From Callorhinchus milii (lineage: Eukaryota), in contig NW_024704743.1 of the NCBI RefSeq assembly GCF_018977255.1, positions 100,318,001-100,382,000 of the forward strand: 64,000 bases of DNA, written 5' to 3'. Numbering within the stretch: position 1 is the first letter of the stretch; every line of letters starts with the position of its first letter. Below the pieces are notes generated by a model that saw nothing but the letters and a program-made list of their open reading frames with translations, had not been told where the DNA came from and did not search any database. The translations under genes were made by a program, and so were the position numbers. Shown here one piece after another: positions 11,031 through 23,800 of this stretch.

Positions 11031-14000
11031 AAATGTGTGATATTGTGGTCACTATCCAGGTTCACACATGAAGAATCCAAACTTAAGCTATTGGAAAGGC
11101 TTTGGTGCATAAGGAGCCATATCCCAGCAAGCGTCAGAGTCTTTGGAAGGGAAGAGAGAAAAAAAGCAAGAATGATAGGCTGAATCCTATCTTTCTCCAC
11201 TTCACAGCAAACAAAAGGTTGCAATGGGACCATGGCTCTAGGCTCACAATTGAGTTAAACATCCACCTAATTTTCTACCCTTTTTTGCAGAATAACTGGA
11301 GTATTAAACATAGCCTCTGTGCACTGCCAGTGTCAGAGACCCAGTATTCTAGACATTACAACTGCTCCCTCTGCTGTTGAACACCACATCTACTTTTCCT
11401 AAGATACAAAACTTCCCACATTGGAAGAAACACCCCTTGCATAATAACCTTTCACTGGTTCAATCAGACCGATTAACGCAACAGCTTGCACTTATTAGGC
11501 ACTTTTCATATAGGAAATGTTTCAAACAGCTTTGTACAATGGGAATCCGAGGAGGTACAAGAGAGTGGTGGCTCAACATTATTTACAACATTATCCAGAC
11601 TTTCCAGATATGTACACTAAGTACAGAAGTGGGTTTTCTGCAGAAATCCTGATCAGTTTGAGTTCACATGCAACCTAAATAATCCAAGTGTTGATTGCAA
11701 TATTTCTTTCCTGGAAATATAGCTTGTTAGTACCACAATCTAAACTATGGCAGAGCAGACCTGATCTTCCGAATACAATATAATTTACATTTATAATCAC
11801 ACTTTTCATCGGGAGAATGTTTCAATGGACTTAATTCAGGGTTTGGAAATATGAATGAGTGTCAGAAGGAAATTCCACCAGTGTCTAGATTTCCTCTTAT
11901 TTATGTAGCATTTATGCATACATTTGTGGAACTCACCCTACTTTGAAACCTAGGCACGGTGATGGATTTTTGCATGTGTCAGATACCTGTTGGCCAAAAA
12001 TAAATTCCACAAAGTGCTTGTTGCTGCCAGTACAACACCAACAATAACAAATTACAAATGTCCATTCTTCATATCTGTGCTTTGACTCTGAATATTAGCA
12101 GGTAGTTGCACAAACCTGATTGCTACCCTGTAACATCCTGCTAGCAAGTGTGTGAACATTAGTTGATGAGAGGAGCGGACTAAGCTCGTTTGAGAGAATG
12201 CACATATGAATGTCCACCCAGCACTGAAAGTGTAAGCTTAAGCGTGGAATCCTGATAACTCTTGGTGAGGTATCAAGGGGCTGGAGGTGCTATGGAATGA
12301 TTTCCACCAAGCATGTCAATGCCTTCAGAGCAAGGGAGAAAATTAGAAAAAGATTTCTTAAACAAAACTGATGATTCTCCTTAAACTTGCCAAAGTGTCT
12401 CATAAAGATATGCAACTTGTTCTGTTTTTAAGTCCTATCTCAAATCCTATCTCTTTGAACCGCCTGTGGCCACCTCCCACTACCCCCATCCCCCTTCCTC
12501 CCCCACCCCGTTCGGAGTTCAACTCCATCCCTCTGAAGTAGTCCGAGTCGTTACCCTATGTGGAGGGCGATATGTCATTGCACGTTGTTTATTACTCTTA
12601 ATTCTATTCTGAAGAGCTAATGTGCTGATGGTATGGAAATACACAACTTCCATTGTGTATTTTTGCATGGGAGACATGAACAGTTGTTGAAAGGGTATGC
12701 CTTTCTGCTGGTATGTGTTATGGCATTTCAGTCCAGAGACATGGAGTCTGACACAGTATTCCATGGCTGGGCTGGAGGGATCTCCGCTCACGCTGATCTC
12801 CAGCTGTCTCTGCTATTTTATCCAGAACCCTCAGCTCAACTGTCCCTGCTTGACATCAAGAACCAAACAGCAGCAAGCTGTTTAATGCATCAGCATATAG
12901 GAAATGTTCCAAACAGCTTTGTAGAATGGGAATCCAAGTTGATAATGTGGTACAGGAAGATGGTGACTCAAAATTAAGTCAAATTAGATAGACTTTAGAC
13001 AGGAATTGAAAGCTGAGAGATGGATAGGGAATGATTCAGTGATTCAGGAAGAGAGTCGACGGAGTGGCTGATTCTTTACATGGCTCCTTTACCTCCTCAA
13101 TCCCTCTGTTGCTTTCAATGCTGTCAATCACTTCAAACTTCTCCACCATCACTCCAGGGCTTTATCCTCAGGCTTCCCCCTGTGTTCAGCAAACTCAGCC
13201 TTTTTCATATCCCATAACCGCTTCATCCCACCATTGAAGGCCTAGTTTTCAGCCGCTCTGCTCCCACTCTCTGGAATCCCATCGAGTTCCCCCCCTCCTC
13301 CCCAAAGCCTGTGTTAAAAAAAACACCTCTTTGACTATGCTTTCCCTACTTTCCTCGGTTCCCCCTCCACCAATCCCCCACCCATTTACCATGTCAGATG
13401 GCAAGAGCTCCGATTTCTCTGTGGTTCCCAAGATTATTGTATTTGTTTTGGTCAGCTGGTTGGGTGTCTGACACACACAGAAATATATTACCTTGTTTTT
13501 GAGTATAAATTGGCTGCCGTGTTTCGCCCACAAATATATGGTCAATTCACTTTATAGCATATTCTGTGAAGCGCTTTTAGATGTCTAGAAGATGTGAAAA
13601 GCACTATATCAAATGCAAGGATTATTATTATCATTATTATCTCACTTCTTCCAGCAGTCAGGATTAGAATAAATCGGTTTGAATTATGATTCCAGACTTG
13701 TAGCTCACATCCGTTGAATTGTGGATTCTGGAGCACAGCCCACACTAATCCACACTTAATTTTCTCTTCGCTAGTTTATTGCTGCCCAACGAGCCAGCTC
13801 CGGCTTCAGGAACTAGTATTTACAGCAGCTTAAGGTCTTACTGCACTGCCCTCACAGCATTAAATGAGGGCACTTACAGGACTCCCCTTAATCCTATTTC
13901 TACAACAAACACAGAATGATTCATTTGTCAAATGACTGTTGACTCAAAGATTTGTCGAATGCACAGAAATTTGCCTCTCTGGGAGTATTCACCAGATTGA

Positions 14001-17000
14001 GTTAGGCCAGTATCACAGAATCAAGCTCATAAAGGTTGTTTAAGTAATAGAAATGCTCTGGCTTTTATAGAATCCAGTAGTTCCCAGAACTTTTCACCCT
14101 GGTTTGGAGGTAACCATTATGTCAGTACTTGGAAGATGAAGGGTTGGCCTTCAGATAAGATGTAATACCGAAGTCCCCTTTGCCTGTTCAAGTGGATGTT
14201 AAAGATCCAGGACTTTTTAAAAAGAGAAGGAAGTTTCTCCCAGTGTCCCAGCTTACAATCCCCCAGATAAAATTAGTCATGGATTTCATGGCTGTTTGGG
14301 ACATGTACACAAATCGTTCGTTTGTGTGCTTGGACGACAGAGGCACAAACTCCAATCCAGTCGAAGCCTCTAAGATGATTTTGTCATAAAATTTCAAATG
14401 GGACAAATTTCTTGAGTTAAGGCATAATTTGGAAGCTTGTTTTCCATAGTTGGTAACTAAATTAAGAATTAGGAATTTAAGAATTTTCCAAAAATCTGTA
14501 TGATCTTAAATTTGAGACATTGGCCTTGGGTTAAAATCGTGTAAAATTACTCAGCACGTTTGCATACACAGTTATTACACCTTACAGGAAAAAACTGTGA
14601 AGTGCTTTGATATTTGAGAAAGTCTATTTCAAATACAAGGATTATTATTATTAATAATTTTATTCGATGAGTCATTACCTTTGCAGACACAGTCATTAAG
14701 GCAGTATTAAGAATAATAAAATATACCACCCTGACTTAGATAGAGCCTCAGTAGTGGTAATATGCATCTTGTTCCTTGGCAGTGCTAGAGTCAAACATGT
14801 GTCGGATGGAATATATGGAAACGCTTTCTGTGATCAGAAAAGCACCAACCAGCCTTTGAAAGAGCTCATTTGTATTCATAGAGCAGCTCAGTTTGTCACT
14901 GTCACGCCCTGCAGACAAGTAAAGGAGGATTTAACCAATCTCTCTTAAGTGTCGCTAATCTCTACTAACTGTTAAAGTGGAGTCCCAATTTGTGACCTTT
15001 AATATCCCAATGTGGTATATTGCTGTGGGCAAATTGGCTGCCGTGTTTGCCTGCAAAGTAAAGTCACTGCATTTTACAGTAGACCTGTGAAGCGTTTTGA
15101 GACGTTTTGATGATGTGAAAAGTGTCACACAAAATGCAAGGATTACTTTTGTTTATATCTGGAATATTATGCAGAGGGTGGAGTAGGTTGGATTCTCGTA
15201 GGTTCATTTGGTAGCACCCTCACCTCTTAATTCAGACAGTTGTGGGTTGAATCTTTAATGTCCACCTGAATAGTTTAATATCTCATTCAAAGAACGACAT
15301 CTCCATCAATGCCGTGCAACCAAGCACTGTCCTGGATTGTCAGCCTAGACTGTGAGAAGAACCTTCTGACTCCAAACCGAGGGTGCAGCCAACTGAGCCT
15401 GGCCGACACACACATAACGTCTGATGCTCAACGTTTTTTATGGTATTACACTTGAAATCTTTGTCCTAAAATTTAATATGGATGCCAAGATAAAGGGTAC
15501 AATATAAAAGAGTTTAAAAATCCTTTGATATAGTACCCTTCATGTTGGGAGGATACCTTAACGTTCTTCACAGGATATACTGTAAAGTGTATTGACTGTA
15601 ACCAACCTTGGCAGCTAATTTACACCTATCAAATTAGAAAAATGAGGAAAAAGCAAGCAAGAACTTGCATTTGTACGGTGTTTGACAGCTTCACAATAAT
15701 CCCAGGCAGGAATTGCAATTATTTTAGCAGGTAAATGAGACAAACACTTGATTAAAAAAATATTACCAACAGCTGGGTGGTGAATAAACAATGAATCTGA
15801 AAGAGGGAATTGGGCTTAGTTCATTCCAGTGGAGGAACAGCATTGGATTGTTAATATTGTTAATAATAATCTTTGCATTTGATATATCGCCTTATCATGT
15901 CTTCGAGATGTCTCAAAGCGGCTTCACAGAATGTACTGTAAAGTAATAATAATAGTAATAATGCTTACATTTCATAGACCGCAATTATCACATTATCAAA
16001 ACACCTGACAGCACTTCACAGGATTTTACTGTAAATGTAGTGAAAAAATCACTGCTATACGCAATTCTCATTCACGTTTCACTCACAAAATATACAGTCA
16101 ATTCGCTTTACAGTATATTCTGTGAAGTGCTTTAAGACGTCTGAATGATAAGGCGCAAGGATTATTATGTATTTTTCAGTGAAAGTTTCCTCCAATTCGT
16201 GCACAGAAATGTTGCACAGTCATGAAATGAATGACCAATTTTATCTGGGAGATCGTTGATTAGAGCACCTGAGAAATTCTCTTCAATGGAGCGAAGAGCT
16301 TCCTTCCGTGCAATATCTCTTTTATGATCTGATGACTGTGGAAACATTTCTCATTTTGAGTCACCACGTTCAGGAGAGGAAAATAGTGAATAGAAATTAA
16401 ATCAATGAATTATTACTGGCTTCTTACTTTCAGACAAGGAATTATTCACATACATTGTCATTGTGTACACATTAATTTAATTCAAATAAATATGTAAGGC
16501 AACTATTTATCTGAATGTCCCTTCCTGTTCAAATCAGTCAGAAAAGTAATTAATAATGGATTTTTTTTATGTTTAATGGAGCACCACAATCAAGTCTGAG
16601 CTCAGGGCACACTCTGAGCAAAACTGCATTTGCACTACAAAGATTACAAAGATTAACTGTACTTTCTCTCTCCCTGTTTCAAGCCAATAACTATTGGTGG
16701 GAAACGCTTCCACAGTAGTCATTAAAGTGGAATTACTCAAGGTGTGCTCACTTCTGAATCCTGCACCATCAAACCCAACCAGCATAATCTATGACCCTGT
16801 CCACGTAATCTTTGATCCTGCACATTTGCTCAATTTTATCCTTTACTTCTACTGCTCTTCTAAATTTGGTGTTATCTATAGTGTTATGGTATTACTTCAG
16901 AATCACAGAGTGATTTAATAGTCTCATTACAGAAGGATTTAATAAGCACTTACTACAAAAAATCATGAAAAATACATCTCATCCTTCGTCGCAGGATGCC

Positions 17001-18299
17001 TCTCTCAATATCCACAGAATAGCTCTGTCCTAGACACATATCAGTCATTGCTGTACTCATAATATTAATAAAATAGTTCTTGTATTTGATACAGCATCTT
17101 ATCAGGTCATCGAGATATCTTAAAGCACTTCACAGGATTTTATTATAAATATTAGTGACTCTATTTTGTAGGCAAATGCAGCAACCAATTGCATATCCCA
17201 CAAATAACCTTGAAATGAATGATCAATTGTATCTGGACGATTTTTTGCCAGACACCAGCAGAAACTCCCTTCTCTTTTCGAATAGTGCCAAGGGATCTTG
17301 AATATCCATCTACAGTGCCTATTTATTTGGGTATAAGATTGATTAGACGAGTGACAAACAACCTTGTTAGAAAGGAAGAGGTACTAGCTACAACAGCAAA
17401 GCCTCATAGTAAGGAAACCACACATTCTATGAATAGTGATGTCAATTTCTTTCCCTTCTCACATCCCGTTCATCTTTTACTACCTGTTAAAAATAACACA
17501 ACCACAGGAAAGCCACAGCAACTTTAGGTAGAATAAATAAGTATGGTATCTATCAGACTCCAATGTTCCAACGTGAAACAAAGCAACAAATATTATCTTC
17601 TTTTTAAGTTATATTATATATTGTATATTATAGTATATTAGACAATTAATTGGGTCAAGACTTTTGTCCAAACTTAGTAAAAGAGCAAGTCTGTATGTAA
17701 GTCTCATATTGTATCCAGACAGGAAACAAGACTATCAGTTGAAGAGGAACACAAACACCCAAGAAATAAGATGTGATGCGATATTAGGAAAGTTTTACTC
17801 ACGCAGCGATTAAAATAAATCATCCCCTAATGATAAAAAGAAAAAGGCAACAATCCACAGAACTCCAATATGTTTTTCTTCAATCGTGGTTTAAGCTTTA
17901 CACACACACCACACTTTGTGGCTGTTTGTGGGACGATGCTGTGAGCAAATTAGCTGCCAGGCTTGGCCCACAAAATACACAGGCAATCCACTTTACACTT
18001 TACAGGCTGTGAAGCCCTTTGAGACGGCTCAAAGACATGATAAGGCACTATATCAAATGCAAGGATTATTATTATTATTTCACATTTTCAGCATTCTTAA
18101 TTTTATTTGCTAATTTGTACCTTCCACAAATGTCCACCAGAGTGCGCCAAAGGAAACACCCCATTCCGCTCTTTAAACTGAATTTCACAATTCAGTCACA
18201 ATTTAAATTTGTTGCCTTTTCTTTCACATCACAGAAGCTGTACCTCGACTTAAACTGGTGTATTCTAATCCTCAACACATAAGAACAGAGATGTCTCAT

Positions 18300-18900
18300 C
18301 ATCGTCACAACCAATGCTGTCGAAACCCTCGTCCACACCTTTGACACTTCCCGGCTGGACTATTCCGATGCCCTCCTCGCTGGTCTCTCCAGCTCCACCA
18401 TACACAAAATGCAATTAATTTAAAATTCCGCCACCTGGATACTCACCCACACAAAACTCTGTACCCCCATCACACCAGTGCTTGGAAGGCTCCACTGGCT
18501 CCCAATTACCGAAAGGATCGATTTCAAGATACATTTGTTTTCAAATCCGTTCAGGCACCTCCCTATCGATCCAATCTGCTTACCCCCCACTCCAACACCT
18601 GCTGCCTCTGCTCGGCTGGCTGCAGCCTCCTGTTTGTCCCTCGTCCCCTCTGCTCCACCATCGGTGGCCGTGCCTTCAACCACTAATGCACCAAAACTCT
18701 GGAACCCTCTCCCTCAATCCCTCAGCCTTGTCCCCTCCCTCCCTACTTTCAAATCCCACCTAAAGACCTTCCTTTTTGATCGTGCTTACGGTCATCTCTC
18801 CCCCTCCCTATTCCCCCTGGTTCGGTGTCAGACTCTGCCACAAGCGCTCCAAAACACTACCCCGCTTGAAGGGCACTGTATAAATGCAAATCGTTGTTGT
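18300..18900 (+). mobile_element. L2 LINE 3' fragment
   Basis: ORF LGRLHWLPITERIDFKI...APKLWNPLPQSL...FKSHLKTFLF. Tail gggcactgtataaatgcaaatcgttgttgt. Confidence 0.85.
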
Positions 18901-19890
18901 AATAATACTAATTTGGTCACTCAATCCATGATTGTTTGTGGGACACTGCTGTACCCAATTGGCTGCTGTATTTCTCCCACAAAATTCACTTTACAATATA
19001 TATTCTGTGAAGTGCTTTGAGATGTCTCAATGATGTGATAATCTGCCATATCAAATGCAAGGATTATTATTGTTACCAAACAGCAGTAGGTTTATAACTA
19101 ACGGCCACTTTGGACTGAAGCAACAAATGACTCTTAAAAACTAGTGCCAACAACTACTGGAGTATGTCACCACTGACCCCACTTAACCTTCATTTAGGCA
19201 CATCCTTGAAAACATTTTTTGTACAATGAATGCAGTAACCTCTCTTACAGGATGAATTAACGTATTGCAGGCAATGGAGCAAAACGAGCACCTGTATTTT
19301 ATTCCTGTCACACAAATTAGATAGTTCCTCTCTTGTGTGACACACTATTTTATAACAAAGAGGTAAGAAAAAAAGCATTGTGAGGAACATAGGAGTAATA
19401 TTTTAATCCCATTTCTCCATTTGTTTTCCCTTGCTCTTAATAATAGAATGATAAAATACATCCTTGCATTTGATACGTGCATAACATCAAAATGATCCAA
19501 AACATTTTACAAACATTTTTCAAGTGAAGTGACTGGATTTTGTAGTTAAATCCTCTATACTAATTACTTTCTTCCCAAGTATCCATCTATTTTCACACCC
19601 TATCAAGTTGAAGTTTCTCGAAATACTTCACTTTAGTTGCTGTCATGTGCAGTGACTATTTTTGTACATAAAGGATGCTGCAGTATTAATAATAACAATC
19701 ATAATAATAATTCTTGCATTTGATATTGTGGCTTATCACGTCTTCGAGATGTCTCAAAGTGCTTCACAGAATATACTGTAAAGTGAATTGACTGTATATT
19801 TTGTAGGCGAAATGCGGCAGCCAATTGAGCACAGCAGTGTTCCACAAACAGTCGTGGATTGAGTGACCAGTTTTTTTTAAAGAAATTAGT

Positions 19891-20806
19891 AACAACAACT
19901 TCAACAACTTGGATTTATATAGCCAGGGGGAGGGGGAGGAAAGTGACCAAAGGTGCGGTCAAAAATAATAATAATAATAATCCTTGCAGTTGATATAGCG
20001 CTTTTCATGTCAGGAGGACATCCCAAAGCGCTTCACAGAACACACTGTAAAGTTAATTGACTGTATATTTGTGGGCGAACGCGGCAGCCAATTGCGCACA
20101 GCAATGTCCCACATCCAGTCGTAGTTTGAAAATGACCAATTTATTATTGTTTTTGGTTTTGGAGGGATTATTATTAGACGTGTGGAGTAAGGAAACTTGC
20201 CCAAGGTTTCGCCCTGCCTGGAATTGAACTCAGGTCTCTCACTTGCAAAGCGAGTGCTCTAACCACTGAGCTACAGGACTCTGACTGAGCTACAGGACTC
20301 CAAAGAAGGAAGGAAGGGAGTGAGGAAGGGAGCCTCGGGGCATAGTGGCTGAAGGCACTGCCGCCGAGGGTAGAGCGGAGGACTCGGGGGACAAGGAGGA
20401 GGCCAGACCCGGAGGAACGAAGGCAACGGGTACTGTTTTGAGAAGAGAGGTCAGAGAGGTAGGGGGGTGCAGAGGAGTGGAGGGATTTGAAGACAAGGGT
20501 GAGGATCTTGAAATCGATCCTCTCTGGGACAGGCAGCCAGTGCAGTCTGGCAAGGACTGGGGTGATCGGGGAGCGGAGTTGGGTACGGGTGAGAATGCGG
20601 ACAGCAGAGTTTGATTGATCTGGATTTTATGGATGGTAGTGGAGGGGAGGCCGGCGAAGAGGGCATTAGAATAGTCCAGCCAAGAGGTGACAAAGGCATG
20701 GACCAGGGTTTCAGTGGCTTTTGGGGAGAGGTATTGGCGGAGACGGGCAATGGGTCGGAGGTGGAAGAAAGCGATGCTGGTGAGAGACCGGATGTGGGGG
20801 AGGAAG
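19891..20806 (-). mobile_element. L2 LINE 3' fragment split by a SINE
   Basis: Reverse complement matches the C-terminal part of the 32069 L2 (AETLVHAFVTSWLDYSNALFAGLP and LHWLPV-like segments). The tail appears as caacaacaac on the plus strand at about 19891. Confidence 0.85.
19964..20300 (-). mobile_element. Full-length young tRNA-derived SINE nested in an L2 3' fragment
   Basis: Near-identical to the 33281 and 50298 copies. A short caaa duplication of the host L2 sequence flanks it. Confidence 0.9.
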
Positions 20807-23800
20807 AATTATATTACCTCCAGAAGTGGGGGAGGGGAGTCTGTCATTCAGCTACTTGCTTTCATTCCCAACAGGCTCAAAGGGAAGGGATGAGCTGATC
20901 TGAATCCCCAAAGGTTTCAGGCCAAATTCAGCATCAGGAAATGTGTTTGTTTCTTTAACTCGAGGGAGACTTGTCTCTGCTGACTAATTCAGAATATAAA
21001 AGTATATCCATTAAGGATAGAATTCCTGCTTTACCTGTTAAAAACTCCATGATCAATGGGGGGGTGGGGGGAGAAGAGAGGGATAGGGTTAGCTCAAGCT
21101 AGGGTTAGAGGCAAATGAAACATCACTTGATCACTCTAATTAATCATCCCTAATTCTGGATGAAATCTCCTGGCCATAAAATAGTGATAGTTACTGAAGC
21201 AACAACAATGTACACTTATATAGCAAGTTTCATGTTGGGACAATATCTCAAAGTACTCACACATTAACAGCTTTGTCCAACCCCATTCATACAATCCTGT
21301 ATCTCACTACATTAAAATAAAATCCAGCAATCTGAGTTTCAGGCAGACAGTGTTTGAATGTCAGTTTTAAAAGGTTTCTCTTGCAATTTTTTTTAGTATT
21401 GACGTCACGTTCGCTACTCTGCTTTGGCCCCATTTTCCCCCAGTAATTGTCTGTTGATGATTTCATGCTATGATTGCAATTTTCATGTCACAATCATAAC
21501 AGACACTAACACATAGCACACTGTCCATTCTGAGTGCACCTGGATTGATTTCAAAGTCTTTTGTTACACCTCAGGATTCAGATGATAACTGCAAATCACT
21601 TGAACTCCCTGTCCTCTTGCCATTCATACCATCATTTCATTGGCTTATCTGTCTTACATTCATGCTTATTCTCAATTAAACAGATCTGTAATCTTGGTTC
21701 CCTAATGTCCTGCAAATCCGACACTTGGAATGTCTCGTAATCATAGCTTTTAAGATCATTTTCTTAAATTGGAAGATTTTGCAGACAATCGATTTAGGCA
21801 AAAACATTTTGGAAATTCTTCACTTTCAGTCTTAATCTGGGAGCGTTTATTCTGGCAGTTCATCAAAAGAACCAGCTTCCAAATGAAGAATGAATTGAAG
21901 AATTTTCCAAAGTTTTGTGTCATCTAAAATGTTCTGAAGGCTAATACCATGAGAAATCTTGGCCCTCTGGCCTGTTTATAGTGCTTTGAGGCGTGGCAGA
22001 TGGTACATAAATGCAAGTTGTTTACTATTCCCCTTTCTTTGCAAGGTATTTTGTAACAAGCACTAACCAGGAAACAAAATAAATGAACACAAACAAAAAA
22101 ACCATGACTGGCTTCCAACATTGACACCAATATTGTAGGATCATTTCAACCCACAGAGTATGCAATACAAAAACAGAAATGAATGGTGCTTCAGGAAGGG
22201 AATCTAAAGTAATTTTCTTTTCTAATCCTGAAGTCTCAATTCCCATCAGTAAAAAATGATTTATCAGATGGAAAGAGCTTTAATTTCCAGGTGATTCATA
22301 AGATTCATAAGGACAGAAATAAATATGGAATCAAAAAAATTGGTTTGCAAGCTTCTTGACTTATTGGAATTTATATAATTTACAATCAAGTTACTCTCAC
22401 ATCACAAAATCCAAATCACTGACTCCTGATCTGAATGTTGGGAGACACCACTCTTGGAAGAGTGCTGCACCTAGATTTTGTTCAGTCTTGAACACTAAAT
22501 ATTGCACATTTCTTGCATTAGATAATAATAATCCTTGCCTCCCATATAGCGCCTTTCACATCAAAAGGACGTCTCAAGGCACTTTACAGGTTATACTGTA
22601 AAGTGCAGTGCCCGCGAACATGACAGACAATTTGTGCATAGCAATGACCCACAAACCGCTATGAAGTGAATGACTGATTTTATTTGAGAGATTATTGGCC
22701 AGGGCACAAGGAGAAACTCGCTTCCCTTTTTAATAGTGCCATGGGATCTTTAATGTCCACTTGATCACAGAGACGGGATCTTGGTTTATCTGAAGATAGT
22801 TGTGAAACTACAAATTCAGACCGGTAAAATGTCATAGCAAAGAAACAGGGCATATCGCAACAACACCTTGCATTTATACAGTGCCCTTCACGCGGGGTAG
22901 CGTCCCGGAGCGATTATGTCCAGTCAAGCCTGTGCTCATATCTTTCTCCCATTCTCCTTTCAACCCCACACCATCCATTATACAATCTGACCAAATTGAA
23001 TTTAGCATAATTAAACCGGGTGCAACATTTTGACTGCATTGTAAAGAATCTATGATCTAATGTGTAATACTATTTAGCAGCTACTGTTCTTTAACCTGTT
23101 CAAGATAACTCCATATTAATCCTCAATTTGTTTGTTAATTCCTCTGGTACAGTTTTCTTTATTAATAATTGCAGTCATCTGTTTGACCTTTGAGCAGAAG
23201 TTTATTTGGGTTCATTTGTATGTTGCTTCAATTGCAAATGAATGAAAACTAAGTCACTGGGTTAATTCTTCGTTGTTGTCAGGAAGTTACTTATTCAAGA
23301 TTTCCATTATTTGGTTGCAGACAACATGCTTTTCCGGGGCAGTTTGGCATTTGAAATTGCAGTCAAACAAAGATTCATTCATTTTTCTCAAACAAAAAAT
23401 ACTATCAGACTATGAAAGAGATACAGACAGACATACACACACACACCCACACACTGTCTTTAGGGATTATTTATTTTCAAAGTTCAGTCAGCTGATCTCA
23501 CATATGTTCGATGCAATGTGCTAAATCCCAAGATTAGACATAAATCGTTTAAAATTGAAGAGTATCAAATAGTAAGCAAATATAGTATACAGTACTTGCC
23601 AAGATCATGTTTATTTTAACAGCAAAACCTATGTATGTGTGTGTGTTTGTGTGAGAATCTTGTGCCAATTCGTTGCTGGTGTAAAGAGCAACCAGAAACA
23701 ACAACAAAAAGTTGCATTTATATAGTGCCTTTATATACATAGATGATGTCATCCCAAGGCGCAGATAATCAACAAAGTGGCTACACAAAAAAAACTTCCG

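Noticed and set aside
16752..16785. ATG-initiated MLVGFDGAGFR followed by A|gtgagc (phase 1)
   Set aside because: In frame, but there is no promoter-like context or homology. Such pairs are expected by chance in a 34 kb intron.
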